A stretch of DNA of 39,920 nt, taken from positions 1-39,920 of the forward strand of contig JBCBUK010000022.1 of the NCBI GenBank assembly GCA_039818205.1, in the 5' to 3' direction. A program made the position numbers and the translations under genes. The DNA comes from Verrucomicrobiota bacterium (lineage in GTDB: Bacteria; Verrucomicrobiota; Verrucomicrobiia; Opitutales; Cerasicoccaceae). Position 1 is the first letter of the stretch. Each line of letters starts with the position of its first letter. The notes under the pieces are model-generated. The model saw only the letters and a list, made by a program, of their open reading frames with translations, made no database searches and was not told the DNA's origin. Shown here piece after piece: positions 26,413-35,301 of the stretch.

Positions 26413-28526
26413 TACGCCGCCCCTCCGATCTCTTCAGTCTCGGCTAAATCCACCCCGGGAAGTTTGGGACGGTTTTTCTCTATATACGCGCGTATGTATG
26501 CGGGTGTATGTGTGTGAGTGTGTATAAGGCCATCAATTACCTTCCCATCCTTCCCGCGACTCAATGACTCGTTTTCAGCACCCATAACAGTGCTTCGATT
26601 TCTCAGTTGCTTAGAGGCAAACGGGTCGTAGCCGATGGCAAAGCCAAAATCGTAAACGCCTTGTGGTATGATTCTTATGATAACTTCGGGCGTCTCTCGG
26701 GGGAAGAACTCAGGCAGGCATTCAGCCACATCTCCAGCCAGCCAAAGGACATTCGGAAGCTTGTTATGCTTCCGCCAGTATGAACGAAAATGCATGCGAT
26801 AGAGCCTCCAAAAGGCTAATTTGTGACCATAGACCCTAGTCAAATTCTCGAAATTTCGAGGCAAATCAGGCGATTTTTCATCAATATCGGCCTCTTTTTC
26901 GTCAATTTCATCAACGTTCGACGCCTCAGACTGTCCGTAATCGAGCTCATCAAGCATCTCGTCCAGGTCAAATTCACCATCAGGCGCACAATTTCTCGCA
27001 TGATCAGACCCGGAATTCCCAAGGATACCGACCGCCTGAGCCGTTTTTCTAGCCGTTGAGCCCTGTTTTTGAACGTTTTCTCCCGAAGAATCACCATTTC
27101 TAGGCCGGAAAATCTTCAAACCCGGCCGGGAAACTCGGGATTTCGACGCCCCTTTGCGTGGGGGTCTGGGGGCGACGGCTGATGCCGAGGCAGACCAAGC
27201 CCGCTCAGCATCCTTTTGAGCGCTGCTAAATTTCACGTTGATTAGGCGGGCCACCTCTTTGAGGTAGCCCTCGCGAACCGTGATCTCATCCACGTTGATT
27301 AGCAGTTTGTATATCTCGTCCAAGGCCACCCCCTTTGCCCTGGCGCTTGCTTCCGTCGTTTTAGGCAAGAGAGATTGGACCGCAATTTCCATTGCGGATA
27401 AAGGCGCCTCCGACAGCTCATCAATGGCGCGGGCGCCACGCTCGCGTAATAGCTCATCCGGGTCCGAAGATTCAGGAAGTGATAGAAAGGTTAGGTCTAG
27501 GCCCGATTTCAGCGATTCGGCCAAAAGCCGATAACCCGCTTTGCGTCCAGCTGAATCACCATCCAAGAGCACATTGAGATTGCTTGAGTATCGTCGGAGC
27601 ATGGTGAGCTGATCCGCCGTCACTGCTGTCCCTTGCGGCGCAATGGCGTTCAATAGCCCCACCGAGTGGCAACGAATCGCGTCCAGCTGACCTTCCACCA
27701 TCAGAAATGCGTCACCCTCGCGAATCGAACGCCGCGCGCGATCTAGGTTGAACAACAGCCTGCCTTTTTTGAAAATTCGAGTCTCTGGCGAGTTGACGTA
27801 TTTCGCCTCACGCGCGGGATCTTCGGGCGGAGTTGCCGCCGTCTGGCGAGCAGTGAAGGCGCAGCAACGCCCTTGCGCATCCAGGATGGGAATCATCAAT
27901 CGCCCTTGAAAACGGGCCTTGGCCCATTTTAGGTTTCGATCCGATTCGCGATGGTAGTAAAGACCGCTTTCACGAATCACTTCGCTGGAGAAGCGTTTGC
28001 GCAACTTCTTTAGGAGACAATCGCCATCATCAGCGGGCGCATAGCCAATTTTGAATTCAACCGCCGTTTCTATCGTAAATCCCCGGCTATTTGTCCAATA
28101 ATCACGAATGCTAACGCCTTCATCGCCATCCGTCTCAAAGCAAGTTCGAAAGTAATTCGCCGCAAGGTCATGGAGAGCATACAGCTCTTGCCTTAGGCCC
28201 CGGTTCGCGCGTTGCCCCTCTGTTTCTTGTTCATACTCCAGTGATACGGAAAAACGGCGCGCAAGAAACTCCACTGCCTCGACAAAGGAGAGATGTTCCT
28301 TCAGTTCCAGAAATCGAAATACATCGCCCTTTTCGTCAGTGGAATAACAGTGAAATACATTCTTGCCATCATTCACAAAGAACGAAGGCGATTTTTCATT
28401 CGTGAAAGGCGATAGACCTTTCCACTCACTGCCAGCACGCTTGAGCTGAGTGTAATCTTGGACAAGCTCAACGAGGCTCGCACGCGCGCGAACCTCGTCA
28501 ATGCAACTTTCCTTTATGCGCGGCAT
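26412..28526 (-). CDS. dnaG: DnaG-type DNA primase with a non-canonical C-terminal extension
   Basis: GLSPF..EKSPSF, RF.GRLMIPI, KYVNSPET, VEG.LD, GTA and DGD.AG. Confidence 0.93.
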   Translation of the reverse strand: MPRIKESCIDEVRARASLVELVQDYTQLKRAGSEWKGLSPFTNEKSPSFFVNDGKNVFHCYSTDEKGDVFRFLELKEHLSFVEAVEFLARRFSVSLEYEQETEGQRANRGLRQELYALHDLAANYFRTCFETDGDEGVSIRDYWTNSRGFTIETAVEFKIGYAPADDGDCLLKKLRKRFSSEVIRESGLYYHRESDRNLKWAKARFQGRLMIPILDAQGRCCAFTARQTAATPPEDPAREAKYVNSPETRIFKKGRLLFNLDRARRSIREGDAFLMVEGQLDAIRCHSVGLLNAIAPQGTAVTADQLTMLRRYSSNLNVLLDGDSAGRKAGYRLLAESLKSGLDLTFLSLPESSDPDELLRERGARAIDELSEAPLSAMEIAVQSLLPKTTEASARAKGVALDEIYKLLINVDEITVREGYLKEVARLINVKFSSAQKDAERAWSASASAVAPRPPRKGASKSRVSRPGLKIFRPRNGDSSGENVQKQGSTARKTAQAVGILGNSGSDHARNCAPDGEFDLDEMLDELDYGQSEASNVDEIDEKEADIDEKSPDLPRNFENLTRVYGHKLAFWRLYRMHFRSYWRKHNKLPNVLWLAGDVAECLPEFFPRETPEVIIRIIPQGVYDFGFAIGYDPFASKQLRNRSTVMGAENESLSRGKDGKVIDGLIHTHTHTPAYIRAYIEKNRPKLPGVDLAETEEIGGAA
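26456..26556. repeat. Inverted 18-bp arms with tandem GGGA iterons around an alternating purine-pyrimidine core; candidate origin
   Basis: CGGGAAGTTTGGGACGGT at 26456-26473 versus reverse complement CGGGAAGGATGGGAAGGT at 26539-26556 (15/18); palindrome ATACGCGCGTAT at 26484-26495. Confidence 0.55.
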
Positions 28527-28792
28527 TAGTTTTTACAGGGATCGTGAGGCTTCCTGTGTTTAACCCCCGCTATCACCGACCCGGCGCTCTCCAGAAGTGA
28601 CCCGGTTATCATAGCGACGTATTTCTTTCCACTCTCGTCTACCAACTGGAGATCGACAGACGGATTTCCACCTTCCATGCCGTCGCAAACGACAATGCAT
28701 TTTTGCAGCGTCAGTCCTTCCCAATCTCCATCCTTATTATAGTTGGGAGCCTCAAGCGGACTATTCACAATTTTGATGTTCAATACATTCAT
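28526..28792 (-). CDS. Hypothetical protein
   Basis: 88 aa ORF coupled to dnaG through a TAATG overlap. Confidence 0.65.
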   Translation of the reverse strand: MNVLNIKIVNSPLEAPNYNKDGDWEGLTLQKCIVVCDGMEGGNPSVDLQLVDESGKKYVAMITGSLLESAGSVIAGVKHRKPHDPCKN

Positions 28793-28842
28793 GATTTTTA
28801 TTGTTATAATTCAAAATTTGACTCGTGTGATAAAATTCACCC

Positions 28843-29043
28843 ATGACTACTATTGACTGGAAGAAAGCTCCGAAGGATGCCCTGTGGTGGGCGGTCGATG
28901 AGGATGGCAAAGCTCACTAGTATTGCCGACCTGAGGCCGATACTCGCATGCGCTGCCGTTTTTGGAACGCCGCATCCCATCCAGCTCCGACCTTTGGCTA
29001 TCAGGGCGACTGGACGCAGAGCCTGGTTGAGCGACCTCGCTAG
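28843..29043 (+). pseudogene. Small Trp-rich phage protein gene with an in-frame TAG at codon 26
   Basis: MTTIDWKKAPKDALWWAVDEDGKAH*YCRP...FW....PAPTFGYQGDWTQSLVERPR*; extended -10 TGaTAAAAT at 28828-28836. Confidence 0.7.
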
Positions 29044-29209
29044 GGCAGGGAGTATGCCCAACGACACACCAAGTTAATTTACCCGTATCTATGTGTATCC
29101 ACGCATCGCCCGCCCAATCATCGCCGCGCCTGATTCTCTTATCGTGCTCAGGCGCCCGCACATAACGCATTTCCTCTCTGCGTTCTTCTGTTAAAAAATC
29201 CTGGATCAC
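28850..29209 (-). CDS. Hypothetical protein; the C-terminal half is probably a shadow of the antisense gene
   Basis: GTGA-coupled to the helicase stop; only the first 50 or so residues look protein-like. Confidence 0.4.
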   Translation of the reverse strand: MIQDFLTEERREEMRYVRAPEHDKRIRRGDDWAGDAWIHIDTGKLTWCVVGHTPCPSEVAQPGSASSRPDSQRSELDGMRRSKNGSACEYRPQVGNTSELCHPHRPPTTGHPSELSSSQ

Positions 29210-31377
29210 GTCAGCGCCTCTCTTTCTTTGCGTTCACGTTCAGTCTCTTGCCCAATAAAACGCACCCCGCGATAGCCGGACACATCGCCGCCTTCGCTGC
29301 TCTTTACTGAACGGCTTTGCGCCGCCTGGAAGAGGGATAGCATCATGTCGCCAAGCTGGCGTTGCACCTTGCGCGTTGTTTCCGCTTCCCAGCCCTTGAG
29401 CTCACAGTAGCGAGCATAGGCGCTGGTAATGTCTTCAGTCGGTAGACTGGAGCCCGCATGCTTCTCAATGGAATTTTCCAAGAACACCCGAATCGAATTA
29501 CTTTCCGAGAGCAGATCGGCTACCCGGCTTTCCTGCTTGTCCGTCTGGCTGATCTTGATGTTCACTCGCCCCTCATCATCAATTTTCATGATTTTGAGGG
29601 CCTCAGAGAGAATCGCATTCAGGATTCCTGGACCTTCGGTATCTACGAGGAAGCGCGCAAACTTGTTGATGACTTTCTTGGGCTTCGGAGCATCGAAATT
29701 GATTGTCAACAGGCGGCGGTCCCACGCCTCTTCATCATCCGCCGAGCTGACTTTCAATTTGCCATTACAGACAATGCCAATGTTATAAGTGCCCTCCAGC
29801 TCGATGGTCTCATTGCTTCCCTTCAACTCAGCGTCCACGAGGTCATCCCCGGTAAGCTGTTTCAATCGTTTGGCGCCCTTGACCTGGAGAAAGTTCCCCT
29901 CCACGTCCATACCCATAAGCATGGTTTTGCCAATGTAGCGCCCCATCTCGAAACGCTCGACTAGGTGCTCAGTCCGCAGCTCTGCGATGTTATGGCGCCC
30001 AATTAAATACTGAAGCACTTTCAATATAGTGGACTTGCCACGTCCGCCCGGACCCGTGACGATCATAATCTTTTGCGCGTCATTCTGCCCGATTAGGCAT
30101 TGCGCCATCCATTGCATCAGCAGGTGAACATCGTCCTTTTCCTCCAGCCCCGGCCTCACTAGATCGCGTAGGAAGCGCTTCGGCTTGGCGGACGGGTCAA
30201 ACGGGACGGGAATCGGATTGCGCGAGTAGTTGCGCCACGAAAACGGCTCCAGCGATATTTGGCTCAGGCGCCGCTTGCCCGCACAGGATCGCAGGTCAAT
30301 CATACCATTCTTGAGATGTATGACGCCAGTCCCCGTCTTGAAAATATCACGTTTTGCGACTTCACCCTTCAGGAAACCGAACACGCCATTAATGAAAGTC
30401 ATGTTGCGGACATCCGGGCTTTCCAGGCGCGTCAACTCATCCGGGAATATGCGCTCCCATCCCTCCGGCTGCTGGCCTTCTCGGCAATTGATTCGGTGAA
30501 AATCCCGATCTCTCGAAAGGCTTAGCAAGGCATCCGAAATCATCTTCTTTATCTGATCTTCAGCCATCAGGCGCCACCCACCAGTGGCGCTATCATAGGC
30601 GTAATAGCGATCCTCATTCGCTTCCCAGATCACATTATGCCGACGAGCGAACCAGCCCGCCCAAAATGGCTGAGAGAGGCTCTTGAGTGAGTGAAGATCA
30701 ATCGCAACTTCCCCCGGCTTGGGCGGAGGCGGCGCACTATAGGTGAAGGGGCGACCATACACGCGCGTGAGCACGTCCCAGAGCTCCCGCTCCCAGGCTC
30801 CCGTAATTCCCTCAGGCCAGCAAATATCCCAAAAGAAAAGGTCACACACCGGGGCAAAGCTTTCCTCGAAAATATCCACATCGACCAACTCACCGGCGCG
30901 AACCGCTACGAATGAGAATCCATCGCCATGCAGCGGCGCAATGCTCTCGCGCAGGTATAAATGCCCGGCGATCCGATTGCCGCGCTTCACCTTATAGGAA
31001 TTCATCAGTTCACCATCCTCGGCCACACCATCCGGGAAGCTTGGGAAGCTTTTCGCGCGCGCCTCCGGGTCAATGCGCAATCGGAAAAACAACCAGTAGC
31101 CCGCATCACTGCGCACAATCACCGTAGCGGAAAACTCAGGGTTGACCGCCACAAACGCCAAAAGCTCTGCCTCATCGGACAAGTGAAGACTGACAAGGCC
31201 AGCCTCGCCCAGCATCACGCCAATGCTGCCCGCTACCAGCGGGATTTGTGCAATGTCCAGCGCACCCAGATTTTTAAAGCCTTGCCCCACGGGATTCCCG
31301 TCCGGGTTGATCGGCAGAAAGACAGACCTAGGCCCCATGACTTCATACAATCGCTTTGTTGTGCGCTGTTCAGACAT
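29206..31377 (-). CDS. P4/D5-type SF3 helicase with a degenerate N-terminal Prim-Pol domain
   Basis: D5_N-like I..KNG.IDL, Walker A GPGGRGKST, LK.LTG.D, IVCN and WDRR; N-terminal IGV.LG..GLV without the DxD motif. Confidence 0.88.
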   Translation of the reverse strand: MSEQRTTKRLYEVMGPRSVFLPINPDGNPVGQGFKNLGALDIAQIPLVAGSIGVMLGEAGLVSLHLSDEAELLAFVAVNPEFSATVIVRSDAGYWLFFRLRIDPEARAKSFPSFPDGVAEDGELMNSYKVKRGNRIAGHLYLRESIAPLHGDGFSFVAVRAGELVDVDIFEESFAPVCDLFFWDICWPEGITGAWERELWDVLTRVYGRPFTYSAPPPPKPGEVAIDLHSLKSLSQPFWAGWFARRHNVIWEANEDRYYAYDSATGGWRLMAEDQIKKMISDALLSLSRDRDFHRINCREGQQPEGWERIFPDELTRLESPDVRNMTFINGVFGFLKGEVAKRDIFKTGTGVIHLKNGMIDLRSCAGKRRLSQISLEPFSWRNYSRNPIPVPFDPSAKPKRFLRDLVRPGLEEKDDVHLLMQWMAQCLIGQNDAQKIMIVTGPGGRGKSTILKVLQYLIGRHNIAELRTEHLVERFEMGRYIGKTMLMGMDVEGNFLQVKGAKRLKQLTGDDLVDAELKGSNETIELEGTYNIGIVCNGKLKVSSADDEEAWDRRLLTINFDAPKPKKVINKFARFLVDTEGPGILNAILSEALKIMKIDDEGRVNIKISQTDKQESRVADLLSESNSIRVFLENSIEKHAGSSLPTEDITSAYARYCELKGWEAETTRKVQRQLGDMMLSLFQAAQSRSVKSSEGGDVSGYRGVRFIGQETERERKEREALT

Positions 31378-31392
31378 ATACGCAGTAGCGAC

Positions 31393-32238
31393 CTAGAATT
31401 TCTTGCCGCCATGCATATGCGGGCGGGTCTTGTTAAACTCCGCTTTCTCCACGATGGCTCCCGCAACATCCAAACCCATGAAGCATGCAGTATCCATGAT
31501 GCGAATGATCGTATCAGCGAACTCACATTCGACCATCGGACGATGGGGCAGCTTATCGTCTGAGAGGCCTTTTCGGTAGCCTTCCAAGGCTTCGCTTAGC
31601 TCGCTATGCATCAGCGAGATCCAGAGGCCTACATGTGCCGGGCGGAAGCCCAGTGACACATCCTCATAGAAGCCCTTCGAAACCGCCGTTTCGTGAACCT
31701 CGCCAGAGAACACCGAAAAAGCATGCTCGATGCCCCGTCCAAGCTTATAGCGCGAGCGCAAATCAGCAGCCAATTGAGGATACTCAGAAGCGATCAAATC
31801 GGCGTAGAGCGACAAGGCCGCACGGCAAGCCTCATGATGCGGTGCATGCGCTCCACCATCTAGCCTCAACACAAAATACTCAGCCAATGGATTTACCGGC
31901 GCTCCGTCCGATTTCGTAACAATATACTTGTTCTGTAAACCATCACCGGAATTCGGCCCCTTAGCGGCAGGAATATCGATGTCTTCCAACGAGATTTCAC
32001 GGATGAAATCCCATTCAGGATGCTCCTTTTTGTCTTCCGCGCTTATCTCCGTATCGGTGACTTGGCATTTGCCATGCACCTTTCCCCAACAAATTTCAGA
32101 CTCGTTTTCATGCCAGTGCCAATCGGAATCAGCAGCATGGTAGCGAGCGGCTTCAATCGCATCATCAGCACGGGATTGTGCCTCATGCGCGGTGTCATGG
32201 AATTCTATTCCATCATTTGGATCATATGAATAATACAT
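31393..32238 (-). CDS. Multidomain protein with C-terminal MazG-like NTP pyrophosphohydrolase
   Basis: L.HSELSEALE..RK...E.ADTIIRI.D...K..FN..RP.HGGK. Confidence 0.8.
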   Translation of the reverse strand: MYYSYDPNDGIEFHDTAHEAQSRADDAIEAARYHAADSDWHWHENESEICWGKVHGKCQVTDTEISAEDKKEHPEWDFIREISLEDIDIPAAKGPNSGDGLQNKYIVTKSDGAPVNPLAEYFVLRLDGGAHAPHHEACRAALSLYADLIASEYPQLAADLRSRYKLGRGIEHAFSVFSGEVHETAVSKGFYEDVSLGFRPAHVGLWISLMHSELSEALEGYRKGLSDDKLPHRPMVECEFADTIIRIMDTACFMGLDVAGAIVEKAEFNKTRPHMHGGKKF

Positions 32239-32242
32239 AGTT

Positions 32243-33118
32243 CTACTGGTTAAAATATCTCGTTAATTCTTGGCCTATCCAGCGCCCCACCGGAACACTA
32301 ACGCCGTTGCCAATACCGCGATAGGCTTCCGTATCTGAGCAGTTGAACGCATACCAGTCAGGCACCCCCTGAAGCCGTGCGTATTCACGGACGGAGTAAG
32401 GGCGAACGCCCATCGGAAAGTGTTTGTCGGCAAGTAAGCGAGTGCTCTTATCCTTCGCATAATGCGCCACGCAAGTAGGGGCAATGTCGCCCTCGGCTGG
32501 ATCGGAGATAATAGGGCGATCTCGATACTTGCCCTGCATGCGGTTTCCAATCGCCTTAGGCAACGTTACGCGCGGATCATCTTCCACAATCGACGCGAGC
32601 GAAGCGCGCTTGCCCACTTCAGGCTCACGCCAACCAAAATTCCTTTTGGCGCCAAAGATAATCAGCCTGTCACGCCGTTGCGGTAGCCATGTTTGACTCC
32701 GAATCGGGCAAAAGCTAATGACCCAATAGTCAGGCAGTTGCGCCATTGCCTCCATCACGAGAGGAAAGGCGCGCATCCCCGGAACGTTCTCAATCACGTA
32801 GACCTCCGGGCGCTTCAAGGCCATGTGACGAAAAGCATGGAGAAATAATTCATCCCCGGACCTTGTCCCATGAATGTCGGCGATGGTTGAATACTTCGTG
32901 CATGGGTAGGTAAACACCATCACGTCAGAGTCATTCTCATCACTGACGAGCTTCTTTGAGATGTCGGAAGTTACGACATCGTGCCCCAGGTTTTCACGCT
33001 GGACTCGCGATGCCGTTCCATCGATCTCAAAGGACTGACCAATGGACACACCGGCCTGACTCAAGCCAATGTCCATCAGGCCGAAACCTGAGAAATAACT
33101 GTTTACCGAAAACCCCAT
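32243..33118 (-). CDS. DNA (cytosine-5) methyltransferase
   Basis: Motif I FSG.G, motif IV PC, motif VI ENV, motif VIII Q.R.R and motif X GNGV. Confidence 0.9.
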   Translation of the reverse strand: MGFSVNSYFSGFGLMDIGLSQAGVSIGQSFEIDGTASRVQRENLGHDVVTSDISKKLVSDENDSDVMVFTYPCTKYSTIADIHGTRSGDELFLHAFRHMALKRPEVYVIENVPGMRAFPLVMEAMAQLPDYWVISFCPIRSQTWLPQRRDRLIIFGAKRNFGWREPEVGKRASLASIVEDDPRVTLPKAIGNRMQGKYRDRPIISDPAEGDIAPTCVAHYAKDKSTRLLADKHFPMGVRPYSVREYARLQGVPDWYAFNCSDTEAYRGIGNGVSVPVGRWIGQELTRYFNQ

Positions 33119-33119
33119 G

Positions 33120-33494
33120 TTAAAGCCACCTCAGGGCGGCATAGTTGATAGTGAGGTGCACGGTGTTATCTGCCACGATTAGCAGCCACACCGAGAGCCA
33201 CGCTGGATCGTCTTTGTGATATCCAGTGCCTTGACAATCGGCCCAAGTAAGGGATGACGACGTGATCCAGTTTTTTGCGAAGCACACGAAGCGCGCCAAA
33301 CGAAAGCGGTCGATAAAAAAGTGTGAAATCAGAATTACCGAGAACGCGGCCAGCGATGGCGACAGGATCAGAAAAGGCAATGCATAGACCGTGGCATGCA
33401 CTGCCGCAGCAAAGCTGTTCTTGGTCTTATTCTTAGCCATCCAGTCCGTTTGGGTGACGTAATCACCAATGAGATGTAATATTAGTTGTATCAT
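33120..33494 (-). CDS. DUF3307-like membrane protein
   Basis: HLIGDY..Q..WMA..K, H...Y, HF.ID and DN..H. Confidence 0.75.
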   Translation of the reverse strand: MIQLILHLIGDYVTQTDWMAKNKTKNSFAAAVHATVYALPFLILSPSLAAFSVILISHFFIDRFRLARFVCFAKNWITSSSLTWADCQGTGYHKDDPAWLSVWLLIVADNTVHLTINYAALRWL

Positions 33495-33540
33495 CTATTG
33501 CTAATACTTAATAGATATTTTACCGGAACTTGTCGGATTG

Positions 33541-33729
33541 CTAACTCCTCGCCAACTCGAACGATGCGTTGTGAATCAGCCGCAGATTGCCCTTGGCCTT
33601 CTGACGGCTGGCGAATCCCTGAGACGATGCACCAACGATCTCATGGTTATTTGATACAATGCGCCAACGATACTTACCGCTGTTGTCGCGATAGAAGGTG
33701 ACGCCAGGTTTGAGCACTTTATGCTTCAT
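33541..33729 (-). CDS. DUF1508/YegP-like protein
   Basis: Y.D..GKYRWR....N.EIV..S..G. Confidence 0.75.
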   Translation of the reverse strand: MKHKVLKPGVTFYRDNSGKYRWRIVSNNHEIVGASSQGFASRQKAKGNLRLIHNASFELARS

Positions 33730-33749
33730 CTCGATTCCTTTCTACTGAT

Positions 33750-34370
33750 TTACGATTTCGTGCTGAATGAAATTGGTTGATCGACCAAGAATGCGCGTGC
33801 AGCGATTAGTTCCTTGATGGCCTGGACGTGAGAGTTCAGCAATACGGCTGCAAGCAGCTTGATCGTATCCGATTCATGCAGTTCGCATTGGTCGCCGCGC
33901 TTCATTACAGAATCCCAAAGAGGATGATTGCGTCGTGCCCAGCAATTGAACTCATCCCAATTTTCAATTCCGAACTGGGGCGGATCATCCTGCGCTTTGG
34001 TTAGCTTCAACTCAGGTGAACTTACCGGAGAAATCACCGGATGCCGCTTACCACGAAAGCACATGCTTCGCGATTCACGTGCCTTCGCGGGATCGGGATC
34101 AATCCAAGCGTCACCCAACTCGACGGAAGCATTGGCAACTGGGATCGTGCTGATCTCAACTTCGCCAGATATTTTCTTCAACCACTTTGGCAGTGCTTCA
34201 GGCGCCAAAACCAGCCATGATTCACCATCATTGAAGGTATGGCTTGGGCCATGCCTTCCGCCACCCCAAGCATCACAAATGTAATCGCATTTATAGTGAT
34301 CTCTTAGCGCGTCCTTATTCAGCGTTTTGCCACTGGCTGCTGGTCCGTAAATAATAACAATACGCTTCAT
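33750..34370 (-). CDS. P-loop domain protein
   Basis: IIYGPAASGKT at the N-terminus. Confidence 0.6.
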   Translation of the reverse strand: MKRIVIIYGPAASGKTLNKDALRDHYKCDYICDAWGGGRHGPSHTFNDGESWLVLAPEALPKWLKKISGEVEISTIPVANASVELGDAWIDPDPAKARESRSMCFRGKRHPVISPVSSPELKLTKAQDDPPQFGIENWDEFNCWARRNHPLWDSVMKRGDQCELHESDTIKLLAAVLLNSHVQAIKELIAARAFLVDQPISFSTKS

Positions 34371-34834
34371 TTTCGCCCCCGCATCTCGTTGTCGATGATA
34401 GTCTCCATCGGCACCTTGTTATTGGTGCGCAACAGGAAGACAGGCTCTTTGTTTTTGACCCAAATTTTCTGCTCCTTCAGGATGCGCGCTGGAACGTGCT
34501 CGCATACTTCAGCGATGGTCTTGACCGGCATGCGGCGCCCTTTTCTGCTGAGGTTGTGTTCATAGGCAGCACGAAAGAGGCGCTCCTCGGCGGCATAGAC
34601 GGAATCTTCCTCCGGTATCTGCAACACCCATCCAACCAGTTCCACGCCCTCAAGCTTGCTCTCAGGATCAGACACCATCATGACAAATTGCTTACGCGCG
34701 ACAGGCGGTTTATCCTCATCTTCGACAGCGGCTTTCAGCTCCAAGCTGATATCCTCAAGGATCTGCGCAACTGTGCTCACATCCAGCCCGTTACGGACCA
34801 TGACCATTTTGGCTAACTCTAAATCAACTTTCAT
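34367..34834 (-). CDS. Hypothetical protein
   Basis: 155 aa, ATGA-coupled to the next gene. Confidence 0.65.
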   Translation of the reverse strand: MKVDLELAKMVMVRNGLDVSTVAQILEDISLELKAAVEDEDKPPVARKQFVMMVSDPESKLEGVELVGWVLQIPEEDSVYAAEERLFRAAYEHNLSRKGRRMPVKTIAEVCEHVPARILKEQKIWVKNKEPVFLLRTNNKVPMETIIDNEMRGRK

Positions 34835-34965
34835 AAGTAATCTTTTTCCGTATTTAAAAACTTCGCGTTTTTCGCGTCCTTCTATTAAAGAATCTGCCCC
34901 TCAACTACTCGTCTCCACCGTATGTCCAACGCTCCAGCCGCCCGATGCGGCGTGTCACAATTCGC

Positions 34966-35301
34966 TTAGAATAGCTCCGATTGCGGTTCTTCCACCACCG
35001 GCGCCATTGCCTTGCGCGACGCCTTCCGCTGGGGCGTATCGACAATGCGAGCGCCCACAGTTCGACGACGCCAGCCGTCAGGCGGTGGTGGTAGCGCAAT
35101 GGAATGATGCACATGACCAGGCATGCCAGATTGCGGATCAATCGGCGGCTGAAGCTCTGCGCCGTCATACGTGCGATAGGGACGCCAGAGCTCAAGCTCC
35201 CAGAAGACCCATTCGAGGGGGCGGGTATGCTCATCCGCGTGCGCCCTGGCACGCTGGTAATAGGGGTGATTCTCTTCATAGCTAAGCTGTCTCCTTTTCA
35301 T
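34966..35301 (-). CDS. Hypothetical protein ending in QSELF
   Basis: ATG35301; more protein-like composition than the overlapping frame 34905..35279. Confidence 0.5.
   Translation of the reverse strand: MKRRQLSYEENHPYYQRARAHADEHTRPLEWVFWELELWRPYRTYDGAELQPPIDPQSGMPGHVHHSIALPPPPDGWRRRTVGARIVDTPQRKASRKAMAPVVEEPQSELF

Noticed and set aside
34905..35279. 124-aa Arg/Ser-rich ORF
   Set aside because: Composition is typical of an off-frame shadow; an upstream AGGAG means it is not fully excluded
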